From a virus (Duplodnaviria; Caudoviricetes): a stretch of 39,586 bases of DNA. Positions 17,963-26,756 of the stretch are shown piece by piece. The stretch covers positions 1 to 39,586 of the IMG/VR virus record IMGVR_UViG_3300011336_000276. The stretch is one strand, 5' to 3'. Made by a program: the position numbers and the translations under genes. Below the pieces are notes generated by a model. That model did no database searches and had not been told where the DNA came from. It saw only the letters and a list, made by a program, of their open reading frames with translations. Each line of letters opens with the position of its first letter. The stretch's first letter is position 1.

Positions 17963-18138
17963 TGTATGTACCCCCGGTTACACATGTTAAGCCGGGAGTG
18001 GTTACCGTTGCTGGTAGGGGCGGAAGACGCATCACCCATCCATTCGATGACCTTCGAGAGAAGGAAGACAAGAAGAAGGATGATGACAAGAAGGACAACA
18101 ACGATTCCACTGCTCAGAAGCATGGCGTTCGTCGGTAG
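17962..18138 (+). CDS. Small charged protein (58 aa), not in ORF track
   Basis: MYVPPVTHVKPG...EKEDKKKDDDKKD..GVRR; TAATG coupling; preferred over the alternative frame 17966..18166. Confidence 0.6.
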   Translation: MYVPPVTHVKPGVVTVAGRGGRRITHPFDDLREKEDKKKDDDKKDNNDSTAQKHGVRR

Positions 18139-18168
18139 ATCTGGAATCAAGAACGGAGGATACTGACC

Positions 18169-18219
18169 ATGAAGTGCAAGAAATGCGGCAAGTCGAATTG
18201 CAAGTGCAAGGGCAAGTGA
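18169..18219 (+). CDS. 16-aa Cys/Lys micro-peptide MKCKKCGKSNCKCKGK
   Basis: Strong GGAGGA RBS before ATG; stop lies 1 nt before the next ATG. Confidence 0.65.
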   Translation: MKCKKCGKSNCKCKGK

Positions 18220-18220
18220 T

Positions 18221-18451
18221 ATGGCTCGAAAGAACGGACCAAACCTATCTGTCGGTCGCGGTGAGAAACTTCCAGTGTCGCAGGGCGCTGGCCTGACCGC
18301 CAAAGGTCGCGCGAAATACAACCGCGAGACTGGCTCTGATTTGAAGGCTCCGCAGCCTGAAGGTGGCGCTCGCAAGAAGTCGTTCTGTGCGCGCTCCGCT
18401 GGATGGACTGGTGAGCGTGGCAAGGCTGCAAGAAAGCGATGGAAGTGCTGA
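18221..18451 (+). CDS. Small basic phage protein (DUF6321-like)
   Basis: GLTAKGRAKYNRETGSDLKAP..RKKSFCAR..ARKRWKC. Confidence 0.75.
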   Translation: MARKNGPNLSVGRGEKLPVSQGAGLTAKGRAKYNRETGSDLKAPQPEGGARKKSFCARSAGWTGERGKAARKRWKC

Positions 18452-18672
18452 TGCCTCGCAACTACCGGCATGAATACGACAAGTTCCAGTCTTCGGCAAA
18501 GTCGAAGGCGGATCGCGCTGCTCGCAACAAGGCCAATCGCAGCGCTCAGGCTGCTGGAATCATCCGCAAGGGTGATGGAAACGATGTGGACCACAAGAAC
18601 GGCAACCCTCGCGACAATCGGAAGTCAAACATTCGTGTCGTAAGCAAGTCAGCCAACAGGGCAAAGCATTGA
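18451..18672 (+). CDS. Small HNH-motif protein
   Basis: RNYRHEY..RAARNKA..GDGNDVDHKNGNPRDNRKSNIRVVSKSANRA; TGATG coupling. Confidence 0.8.
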   Translation: MPRNYRHEYDKFQSSAKSKADRAARNKANRSAQAAGIIRKGDGNDVDHKNGNPRDNRKSNIRVVSKSANRAKH

Positions 18673-18863
18673 CCAAGAAGAAGACATACACGATGCGAGT
18701 TGACAGCCAATCTCACAAGCAGGTGAAGATGCTGTCTGAAGTCTTCTCTCAAAAATTCGGAACTTACATATCTATGGTCGATGTGCTTCGCATGGGCATA
18801 TCGGTCTTACATATGCGTTTACAAGAGAGCATCACTGATGCTGCTGTGAAACCAAAGGATTGA
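18669..18863 (+). CDS. Putative Arc-like ribbon-helix-helix protein
   Basis: TYTMRVDSQSHKQVKMLS...ISMVDVLRMGI; TTG start overlapping the upstream stop. Confidence 0.55.
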   Translation: MTKKKTYTMRVDSQSHKQVKMLSEVFSQKFGTYISMVDVLRMGISVLHMRLQESITDAAVKPKD

Positions 18864-19624
18864 CAATGGGCATCCAACGACAACAATTTCGTATCCAAAA
18901 TTTCCCTACTGAGACGCGCGAGTACAACCCGCTGAAGTGTGTGCGGATGTTCAGCGACTTCTTCGACAAGGGGAATTTCAACACCAATGTCGCCGCTGGC
19001 GCTAGTGGAAGCACACCGACGATTGCGTACACCATGTTGTACTCAAACACTTCCGCGCACTACGCGACAATGTCGAGTGTTTCTGCCAGCGTTGTGGACG
19101 CGCGCGCAGACATTAGGGATACCGTTGCAGCGCCAGTGCTGAAGGGTGGCCAAGCAGAAATGGATATCTGCTGCAAGGTCAAGACCAACTACGCGGCAGC
19201 CGCGAATGTGAATATCCTTGTCCGCGTAGGTTTCTACGACACATCCGCATCTCCAGTTCTTCCGGGAAGCGGTTGCGGAGTGTGCTTCTTCATCAACGCA
19301 GGAAGCACATGGAAGGTCGGTGTCTACAAGGGATGGGACGGTGTCGCTCTCAGCGCAATCAGTTACAAGTTTGAGAAGGACACGGGCATTCAGTCCGCTG
19401 ACTACCACACTCTGTGCATCTGGCAAGACGCGAAGGCAACCAAGGCCATCTTCACCATCGACGATGTCGTTGTCCATGTGCAAGATGGAAACCTTCCCAA
19501 TACGCTGGACACTAAAGCCTACAACGCTGGCGTTGGTCTGACATGCACTGGTACACAGGCTGTTTCAACCGTTGTCGATGTTGACTGGATGCAGTTCCGC
19601 TACTTCGCCGATAGGACAACATGA
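18860..19624 (+). CDS. Beta-sandwich (ConA/LamG-like) probable virion protein, paralog 1
   Basis: Beta-rich; DTGI..YHTLCIW..AIFTIDDVVV..VDVDWMQF; start 18860 (TTG) or 18866 (ATG). Confidence 0.6.
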   Translation: MTMGIQRQQFRIQNFPTETREYNPLKCVRMFSDFFDKGNFNTNVAAGASGSTPTIAYTMLYSNTSAHYATMSSVSASVVDARADIRDTVAAPVLKGGQAEMDICCKVKTNYAAAANVNILVRVGFYDTSASPVLPGSGCGVCFFINAGSTWKVGVYKGWDGVALSAISYKFEKDTGIQSADYHTLCIWQDAKATKAIFTIDDVVVHVQDGNLPNTLDTKAYNAGVGLTCTGTQAVSTVVDVDWMQFRYFADRTT

Positions 19625-20412
19625 TTACCTCACAATTCTCAGGCTACTCGTTGGACACCGATATCCGCGAACTCGATGTGCGCAAGTGCATCCGTGGGTT
19701 CATGGACGGAACGAACATCGGGACAATGGGAGAGGCAAGTACTGCTGCAAATGGAACTCTGACATTTGTTGATTCGTGCAGTCCTAGCGAATTTGGTTAT
19801 GCCCGCATGGCTAATGCGGCAAGCACTGGTCTTTCGCGCGTCTGGATATCTGACCGTAATGGAATTGGAAACTCAGGATTTGTTCCCGGCGTATTCGAGT
19901 GCGATTCCTTTGCGAAGGTACGAGTTTCTGTAAATACATCCGTGAATGGATCTGTTTCCAGAGTTGGGTTTTTTCCCGGTCATACAGCATCTGAGGCTTA
20001 TGCTGATGGCGCATACTTTCAATGTCAAAAAGTTGGATCAGCACCAGCGCCTACGACATGGTCCATTGTTCTTGTGGTGAACCAAAATGCAGTATGGGAT
20101 GGAGTTACTCCATATTTGCTCGTTAAAGATACTGGCGTACCAGTCAGTTCATGGGCGACTCTTGGTGTTTGGATCAACAAGAATGCGACTGAAGTTCTTT
20201 TCTATATCAATGGAAAAGTTGTTTACAGGGAAACTGATCCTAATCGCATTCCTTCCGTAGGGAAAATGGGTGGCTCATTGGGAGCAGCAACTTCTGGACA
20301 AGGGTTGCAGGCTGGCGCAAGTTTGAGGATGCAAGTAGCCAATGCTGACCTCGCTGGAGTCATGGTGGTTGATGTTGAATGGTGTCGATACCGCTATTAC
20401 ATGGAGCGTTGA
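19621..20412 (+). CDS. Beta-sandwich (ConA/LamG-like) probable virion protein, paralog 2
   Basis: DTGV..WATLGVW..VLFYINGKVV..VDVEWCRY; aligns with the preceding ORF. Confidence 0.6.
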   Translation: MITSQFSGYSLDTDIRELDVRKCIRGFMDGTNIGTMGEASTAANGTLTFVDSCSPSEFGYARMANAASTGLSRVWISDRNGIGNSGFVPGVFECDSFAKVRVSVNTSVNGSVSRVGFFPGHTASEAYADGAYFQCQKVGSAPAPTTWSIVLVVNQNAVWDGVTPYLLVKDTGVPVSSWATLGVWINKNATEVLFYINGKVVYRETDPNRIPSVGKMGGSLGAATSGQGLQAGASLRMQVANADLAGVMVVDVEWCRYRYYMER

Positions 20413-20458
20413 ATTGGTTCAACCTCTTCTGTGAGTCGAGATTTCTAGGAGATCAAAC

Positions 20459-20593
20459 ATGAAAAAGAAAAACGCAGTCGCCGCGAACACCAAGACCGTC
20501 CGCAAGGCAATTTCCAAGAACGCAGCGCGAGCGTCTGTCTCGCAGAGAAGCAAGGCCAATCAACTGGCTAATCAACCCGCTCAAGGCAAGTAA
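20459..20593 (+). CDS. Basic K/A/S-rich peptide (44 aa), paralog A, not in ORF track
   Basis: MKKKNAVAANTKTVRKAISKNAARASVSQRSKANQL..; TAGGAG RBS. Confidence 0.8.
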   Translation: MKKKNAVAANTKTVRKAISKNAARASVSQRSKANQLANQPAQGK

Positions 20594-20613
20594 GACAAAC
20601 TAGGAGAAACAAC

Positions 20614-20772
20614 ATGGCAAAGAAACCCGCAGTCGTGGCAAACACCCGTTCCGTTCGCAAGTCAGTCGCTAAGAAAGCAGCCGTTGCATCTGTCTCATCC
20701 CGCAACAAGGCAAACAATCTGACTAGCACCAATCCCGGGATGGTTACCCCACCCAAGCCACCGCGTACTTGA
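20614..20772 (+). CDS. Basic K/A/S-rich peptide (52 aa), paralog B, not in ORF track
   Basis: MAKKPAVVANTRSVRKSVAKKAAVASVSSRNKANNL..; TAGGAG RBS. Confidence 0.8.
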   Translation: MAKKPAVVANTRSVRKSVAKKAAVASVSSRNKANNLTSTNPGMVTPPKPPRT

Positions 20773-20798
20773 TGGTAGAAACCAAGAAGTAACAACCC

Positions 20799-22586
20799 AT
20801 GCTTGATCTAACATTTTCATCCCTTCGTAGGGAAATCGAGAACGCGGAGAAGTTCCGTGATGCTCATCTATCGTCTCTCAGGACGATGATTGAGAAGTAT
20901 CACGGTCCTGCATTCCGAGATGACCGTTCCGATTCCTATACGGATGACCCTGAGAACTTTGGACACGAGTATGTCTCAATGGTGCTGCCTCGCATCATCT
21001 ACGACACTCCAAAGTTCCGGGTGAAGATGGGCGATCCCATGCTGGAACTGATGGTCGGCAAGCGACTACAGATCGCAATCAACCGTTGGTGTCGAATCAC
21101 GAAGTTGCGGCGGACCCTAGAGCGCATCGCAACTGACATGCTGTTCGCTTACGTGGTTTCCCTGACGGTGAGCGAGCCTCGTCCTGAGATTCGCAAGATC
21201 GACGGGAAGGAACCGTACCTTCCACGGGTATACCGCATCTCTCCAGAACGGTTCTTCCTCGATCCTGCCGCTACGAACATCGAAGATGCCCGTTACATGG
21301 GGCATTGCTACGCGATTGACAAGAACGATCTTCTTGATCGAGCAGAAAACGACAAGACATACGACCTAGATGCCATCCTTGCCATCCCTTCGGGGACAGA
21401 CATGGATGAGGTTCGTGATGACCGAGGTCGAAACATCGAAGATCGCAAGGAACTTGCCGTCTACGAGGTTTGGGTTCCAGAGGCGGACGAATCTATCGCT
21501 GAAGAGATCGATGAAATCATCGGTCCGGGCATGGTGAACGGGACGATCTACACCTTTGTGAAGGGTCGATCCACTACGGGCAAGTTCGATGGCTTCATTC
21601 GCAAGCCCATCCCGTACTTTGGGCCTCGAAGTGGCCCGTACACCATGTTTGGTGTCTACACGGTTCCAGATGACCCGTATCCGCTGTCTCCTTTGATGGC
21701 AATTCAGTCTCAAATCGTTGATCTGAATGCCCACTTGAGTAGCGTCCGATCCAGCGCAGCCGCTTACAAGCGTCTGATCATGGTCGATGCCCGAAACAGC
21801 AAGTTGGCGCAGGACATCAAGGACAAGCCGCACGACTACATCGTTCTGTCTGAGTCTCTGGACAAGGACAAGGTGCTGAACCTTGAAATCGGCGGCATCA
21901 CCCAGCAGCAAGTCCAGTACTCGCAGATCGCTCAGGATCGACTTGACCGCGTGTCGGGTATCCATGACGCGATGCGCGGCAATGTGTCTGGAACCGCTAC
22001 TGCCACCGAAATCGCCGTTGCTGAGTCGAGCGCTACGATGCGCATGTCTCACCTGAAGCGCCAATTTCAGGACTCAGTAGACGAACTCGCTAGAGGAGTC
22101 ATGTGGTTCATGTGGCATGATGACCGAGTTTCGTTCCCTCTTGGTCGAGAAGGAGCGCAGGCGCTTCTGGAAGCCGATCCCAAGTTCACTGGCGGGGTCC
22201 GAATGCCCGGCTGGGAGGATCTTGAGGTTGCTGTAGACGCATACAGCATGGAACGAGTGTCCGAGGCGCTCGTTCAGAAGCGCGCTATGGAACTGCTCCA
22301 GATCACCACCTCCGTGGCTCAGGGCATGATGGCGATGCCGTTCATCAAGTGGCATGAGATCCTTTCGGTGGTTGGCGATGCACTCAACATGCCCAACTTG
22401 TCCGACATGATCGACCAGAATTCGATGGCACAGCAGTCACAGCAGGCCCAACAGGCCCAAGGCGGTCCACCTATGGGTGGTTCCCCTTCGGGCCAAGGGC
22501 AGCAAATGAATGCGATGGGCGAACCCAATCCGATACCTGCGTCCAGCAGGTCTGGTCTGCAAGGACCAGCAAACAGGGCCATGTAA
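20799..22586 (+). CDS. Portal (head-tail connector) protein
   Basis: 595 aa; RISPERFFLDP, VSGIHDAMRG..TATATE, Gln-rich tail typical of P22-like portals; synteny. Confidence 0.88.
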   Translation: MLDLTFSSLRREIENAEKFRDAHLSSLRTMIEKYHGPAFRDDRSDSYTDDPENFGHEYVSMVLPRIIYDTPKFRVKMGDPMLELMVGKRLQIAINRWCRITKLRRTLERIATDMLFAYVVSLTVSEPRPEIRKIDGKEPYLPRVYRISPERFFLDPAATNIEDARYMGHCYAIDKNDLLDRAENDKTYDLDAILAIPSGTDMDEVRDDRGRNIEDRKELAVYEVWVPEADESIAEEIDEIIGPGMVNGTIYTFVKGRSTTGKFDGFIRKPIPYFGPRSGPYTMFGVYTVPDDPYPLSPLMAIQSQIVDLNAHLSSVRSSAAAYKRLIMVDARNSKLAQDIKDKPHDYIVLSESLDKDKVLNLEIGGITQQQVQYSQIAQDRLDRVSGIHDAMRGNVSGTATATEIAVAESSATMRMSHLKRQFQDSVDELARGVMWFMWHDDRVSFPLGREGAQALLEADPKFTGGVRMPGWEDLEVAVDAYSMERVSEALVQKRAMELLQITTSVAQGMMAMPFIKWHEILSVVGDALNMPNLSDMIDQNSMAQQSQQAQQAQGGPPMGGSPSGQGQQMNAMGEPNPIPASSRSGLQGPANRAM

Positions 22587-22587
22587 C

Positions 22588-22878
22588 ATGAAGTACGAAT
22601 TTACGAATTCCGATGGAAATGTGGTAGAAATCGTCATGCTTATGCGTGACGCTCCGTCCATCGGCAGTATTATTGTCCACGAAGGCCAAGAACTTACCCG
22701 TATTGCCAGCAATTTGCAGGTTGACACAGGTACGATCCGTAACACTTATCCGTATGTGAGCCATGCTCTTCCGCGCAAGTTGGAAGGATGCAAGGCTACC
22801 AAACGGGGCAAGCCAATCATTATGTCTAAGCGCCATGAACGCGAAGTCATGGCTCGGCATGGTTTTGAAAAGGACTGA
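22588..22878 (+). CDS. Small post-portal protein (FmdB-like N-terminus lacking Cys)
   Basis: MKYEFTNSDGNVVEIVMLMRDAP; ATG 1 nt after the portal stop. Confidence 0.6.
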   Translation: MKYEFTNSDGNVVEIVMLMRDAPSIGSIIVHEGQELTRIASNLQVDTGTIRNTYPYVSHALPRKLEGCKATKRGKPIIMSKRHEREVMARHGFEKD

Positions 22879-22879
22879 T

Positions 22880-23755
22880 ATGTCAGAACCCGAAGTACCA
22901 ACCATTCCTGTTGATGATTCAACCAATCCTGTACAGCAGATGGCTGCGGAAGCCGCGTTTGAAGCGGACAACTCCGAAAGCGAAGATGCTGTTCTAGATC
23001 GAATCTTCGGCAAAGACGATTCTGCTCCACAGCAGAACTTTCGCACGATTGATCCCGAGCCTCAGAACGACCCTGACTTTGATCGGGCGTTCAAGGCGTT
23101 GCAACGGGATGGCGTTCCAGCCTACATCATCGATAGCATCAAGTCCGATCCCTCCAAGATGAAGGAATGGGGCTTGAAGGCGGCGAAGAGGCAGGCTGAT
23201 GTGGATTCGTTTGGATCGAAGAAGGCAAACAGCGCGGAAACTCCGACTCCCGCTCCTGTTGCATCCAAGATCTCCCCTGATAACTCCAAAAATTCTGGCG
23301 ACTCAGAGGATGATGCAGATCCTCTTTCAGTATTTGGCGACATCTTTGGAGATGAGGCGGCAAAGCCCCTTCGAGCCATCACCGAGCGTCTTCGATCCGA
23401 TTTTGAGGAGAAGACCAAGGCGATGGAAGTCAAGTACGAGACTCGTGGAGCCTACGAGCGTATGTCAGCGTTGTATGGGAATAACTCCCCGTCCTTCGAT
23501 GACATCACGAAAGTGGCAGCGCAGATCGGGCGTGAAAATCCCGGTCAATTTGAATCCATCTCGGACATCGTCCAAGAAGCATTCCGAATGCGGGCTGGAG
23601 AACCGAAGCGTTCTGATCCTCGAAACTCTGCTCGTCCAACCGTTGGCAAAGCGCCAGCGCGCGTGACTCGCGAGATTGACCGTGAAGACGCTGTTCTCGA
23701 CATCTTGCTTTCGGGCGGCTCCCGTGCTGACGCTCTCCGAGTCCTTTCCCGCTAA
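22880..23755 (+). CDS. Capsid scaffolding protein
   Basis: Acidic, helical, between portal and capsid; AAGGA RBS. Confidence 0.7.
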   Translation: MSEPEVPTIPVDDSTNPVQQMAAEAAFEADNSESEDAVLDRIFGKDDSAPQQNFRTIDPEPQNDPDFDRAFKALQRDGVPAYIIDSIKSDPSKMKEWGLKAAKRQADVDSFGSKKANSAETPTPAPVASKISPDNSKNSGDSEDDADPLSVFGDIFGDEAAKPLRAITERLRSDFEEKTKAMEVKYETRGAYERMSALYGNNSPSFDDITKVAAQIGRENPGQFESISDIVQEAFRMRAGEPKRSDPRNSARPTVGKAPARVTREIDREDAVLDILLSGGSRADALRVLSR

Positions 23756-23769
23756 ACCAAAGAAATACC

Positions 23770-25131
23770 ATGCCATCAATCACGACATTCAACGACTTTA
23801 TGACTACGACTGGGCCGTCATACCTGACGAGCGCAGATTCCGTTATCAACGAGGCTGTCAAGAACACTTACGCCTTCTCTCGCCTGCTCAAGGGCAAGAC
23901 GAAGGAACAAACCATTCAGGGTGGTACTGAAATCCGCGATGTCATCATGTTTGATGATTCGCGTACCTACGACCACTACCAGCCGAACGACACCTTCACT
24001 TGGCGCAACCCGCAGGTGACCGATTATGTTCGCGCGCCGTGGCGTTTCCACATTGACCACATGTCGTGGACTGACGCTGAGGTCGAACTGAACACTGGCG
24101 AGACTTCTGGTGCGAACAAGGCCGCTTACAAGCGCCTGAAGCGGATCAAGGAGCAGCGAATGTGGACCTCGATGCTCAACGGCTTTGAGGAGGATCTGTG
24201 GGCTGTTCCGAATGTTGCGAACATGGAGAGCGACACTGGCAAGTTGCCATACTCGCTTCCATACTTCCTTACGGAGTTGTCCGCTAACCTTGGTGGATCC
24301 TTGGGAATTCGTGGTACGGCTCCGTACACCGCTAGCACTAACAGTTCTACCACCGTCATGCGTATCTCTCCGTTCACGGAGAGCCGTTGGACCAACGCGG
24401 TTGAACTTTACAACTGCTCGCCGGGCGCGCTGACTCCGCTTGGCGCTGAGTGGGGTAAGCCACAGACTAGTGCGCTTACTGCTGAAACGGTTTACGCACA
24501 GGGCGCTTCTGGTGGACACACCGTTCAGTTAAGCAACCTCTTTAATGCAATGGATGTCATGTTCATGCGCGTCAAGTACGAGGCTCCATCGACTCGTCAG
24601 CAGTACTTTGAGAACGACAATCTGAACCGTCAGATGATTCTCACGAGCCGTAGTGGTGTGCAGAACTACCGAAACGCTCTTCGTCTCAGCAACGACACCC
24701 TTGTTTCGTATCAGGATGCTTCTTACAGCAGCCCTGCCTACGCAGGCATCGATGTCACCTACTGCTCTGACCTTGACAACGCAGCGATCTACCCAGCGAA
24801 CACGGGAACGGCAGCGGCAGCGACCCTTGCTGGATACAACAGTGTGGTTGGTTCTAACGGATACAGCGCAACGGCAACCACAGGCATCTCGTCGTTCGGA
24901 ACCGAGAGTGGTGCAAACACCATCGTCCGCGCTCCTCGCTACTACTTCGTGAACGGCAACTACCTGACTCCGATCTTCCATGCTCGTCGTTACTTCAAGC
25001 AGCATGAGGTTCTTCGTCACCCAAATCAGCCGTTCACCTATGTCCAGCCCGTTGACTGCTGGTCGAACCTGTTCTGCAATTCGCGTCAGCGTCACGGCGT
25101 TGTTGCTCCTCTCTCGTTCCAAGCCACCTAA
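23770..25131 (+). CDS. Major capsid protein
   Basis: 453 aa following the scaffold; IQGGTEIRDVI..; C-terminal YFVNGNYL..NLFCNSRQRHGV; strongly biased codons. Confidence 0.85.
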   Translation: MPSITTFNDFMTTTGPSYLTSADSVINEAVKNTYAFSRLLKGKTKEQTIQGGTEIRDVIMFDDSRTYDHYQPNDTFTWRNPQVTDYVRAPWRFHIDHMSWTDAEVELNTGETSGANKAAYKRLKRIKEQRMWTSMLNGFEEDLWAVPNVANMESDTGKLPYSLPYFLTELSANLGGSLGIRGTAPYTASTNSSTTVMRISPFTESRWTNAVELYNCSPGALTPLGAEWGKPQTSALTAETVYAQGASGGHTVQLSNLFNAMDVMFMRVKYEAPSTRQQYFENDNLNRQMILTSRSGVQNYRNALRLSNDTLVSYQDASYSSPAYAGIDVTYCSDLDNAAIYPANTGTAAAATLAGYNSVVGSNGYSATATTGISSFGTESGANTIVRAPRYYFVNGNYLTPIFHARRYFKQHEVLRHPNQPFTYVQPVDCWSNLFCNSRQRHGVVAPLSFQAT

Positions 25132-25156
25132 TCAAAGTTAAAGGAGGATCATCAAC

Positions 25157-25642
25157 ATGATTCCCGGAATTCTCGTCCCTTCAGGAAACCTTGCTGCACT
25201 TAGTCCTGCGCAAGTAATTGTTCAACCAATCGCAGGTGTCGCCGTTACCGTTGGCGACATCGTTATGTTCGATCTTGCAGGCAACAACACCACCTACACC
25301 GATGTGGCGCAGTACGACGAACTCGACAACAAGAAGAATCCCTTCAATGTCGTTGTTCTCTCGACGGTGGCGCTTGGAGAGGGTGGCGTATACGGAGTTG
25401 TTATGGAAGCCGCCGCCTCAGGATCTCGTTGCAAGGTGTGCATCGCTGGTATGGTCAACGCAAAGGTCACCGGTACTGCCGTTATCGGCGCTACCGTTCT
25501 CACTCCCGGAGCAGGTGTTCTTGTTCCGCCAGTGACTCTCGTCGGCACAGGAGTCGCCCTCGCCTTGGCGGCGAACAGCGGCGGCCCAAATCTCTGCCGC
25601 GTTCTGTTCAGCGGATGGTCATTCGGCTCTCAGGGCGCGTGA
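25157..25642 (+). CDS. Capsid decoration/cement protein
   Basis: AAGGAGG RBS; AVTVGDIV..GVVMEAAASG..VCIAG..AVIG..GVAL pattern; directly after the capsid gene. Confidence 0.65.
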   Translation: MIPGILVPSGNLAALSPAQVIVQPIAGVAVTVGDIVMFDLAGNNTTYTDVAQYDELDNKKNPFNVVVLSTVALGEGGVYGVVMEAAASGSRCKVCIAGMVNAKVTGTAVIGATVLTPGAGVLVPPVTLVGTGVALALAANSGGPNLCRVLFSGWSFGSQGA

Positions 25643-25657
25643 TCTGACAACTACTCT

Positions 25658-25690
25658 CGGGTGGCCTTGGGAAACCAAGGTCACCCGCTT
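25658..25690 (+). terminator. Hairpin after the capsid genes (terminator/attenuator)
   Basis: CGGGTGGCCTTGG-GAAA-CCAAGGTCACCCG, 13-bp stem, weak U-tract. Confidence 0.65.
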
Positions 25691-25692
25691 AT

Positions 25693-26469
25693 ATGCTTAC
25701 ATACGGTGGCCTCAAGCAGCACATCCTTCTGGCGCTCGGCGGTCAACCGTCCATCGTCAGCGGTGTCACGCAAAATCAGCGGATCGCTGAGATCGTCAAT
25801 CAGGCTGGCAACTACCTGTTCTCCAAACAGTGGCGGTTTCGAGAACGCACTGGTCGCCCCGTCTCTTTGGTAGCCAACCAAAGTTGGGCGGCGATGCCCG
25901 GCGATGCCGAGGAGATCATCAGCCTGATCACCAAGGCGGGTCTTGGTTGGCGCGTCGAGTTGACCACCCCAGATCAGATCGAGGTGTTCCGAAGCACCAT
26001 GTTCCCAGCAATGCTCGGGAGCGTGTACTACGCGGCTCTCTCGCGCCCGTGGGCGCAGTCTGACGATGTGACCCCCCTCGTGGCGGGTACGGCGTTCCCT
26101 GCCGTCAGGATGGATCTGTACCCCACTCCTAGCGCGACCTCCACCGATGCGATCATCATGCGCTACCGCGCTGGTTGGACTTCCGTATCTGGAGAAACCA
26201 ATGCCGTCACCCCAGACGCTTACATCATCCCCGTACCACCGTATGTAGAGGCGCTACTTGTGTCCTACTGCCGAGCATTCGCTATGGCATACGAAGACGA
26301 GGGTCTGACCGCTCGTCTGGTAGAGATCGACAACGGCCCAATCTGGAACGCGGCAGCGATCAAGGATGGAATTGCACAGCGCGACTACGGTCGGCTGCCT
26401 TCATCTCGTTCAGGTTTTGTCTCGGATCCAATCAGTTACAGGAATGGGTTTGTCCCAGATCCGAACTGA
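25693..26469 (+). CDS. Head-tail adaptor / tail tubular protein A-like
   Basis: IVNQAGNYL..W.FRE..LYPTP..IPVPPYVEALLV; synteny after the capsid genes. Confidence 0.7.
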   Translation: MLTYGGLKQHILLALGGQPSIVSGVTQNQRIAEIVNQAGNYLFSKQWRFRERTGRPVSLVANQSWAAMPGDAEEIISLITKAGLGWRVELTTPDQIEVFRSTMFPAMLGSVYYAALSRPWAQSDDVTPLVAGTAFPAVRMDLYPTPSATSTDAIIMRYRAGWTSVSGETNAVTPDAYIIPVPPYVEALLVSYCRAFAMAYEDEGLTARLVEIDNGPIWNAAAIKDGIAQRDYGRLPSSRSGFVSDPISYRNGFVPDPN

Positions 26470-26590
26470 CTATAAGTTCTGTAGTTATATAGAGTTCTAT
26501 CGTGTTATAGCCAGAGGCAGGTATATTCTCCATACTTAAACATTTCAGGAATTCTATAAAGTAAATATAGAGTTTCTGATGGAGAATAAT
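26470..26590 (+). promoter_or_regulatory. AT-rich structured leader sequestering the RBS of the lysis module
   Basis: TATTCTCCA (26524-26532) pairs with TGGAGAATA (26580-26588); inner 14-bp stem TCAGGAATTCTATA/TATAGAGTTTCTGA with two G-U pairs. Confidence 0.6.
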
Positions 26591-26755
26591 ATGACTGTTG
26601 AACTCATGTTCGCGGCGCTTGGGATCATCGCAACCACAATCACGACCACAATGGTTGTGTATTCAAAGATCGTCGCCCTTGAGGTTGCCATCGCTCGGCT
26701 TCAAGTTCAGGTCAGTCATTATGACGAGCGAATCGCCAAACTAGAAAAGGCTTAA
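26591..26755 (+). CDS. Small TM plus coiled-coil protein (54 aa; lysis-associated, XhlA-like architecture), not in ORF track
   Basis: MTVELMFAALGIIATTITTTMVVYSKIVALEVAIARLQVQVSHYDERIAKLEKA; GGAG RBS. Confidence 0.7.
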   Translation: MTVELMFAALGIIATTITTTMVVYSKIVALEVAIARLQVQVSHYDERIAKLEKA

Positions 26756-26756
26756 A

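Noticed and set aside
17966-18166. Track ORF MYPRLHMLSREW...
   Set aside because: The alternative frame 17962..18138 is TAATG-coupled and matches the codon and composition style of its neighbours
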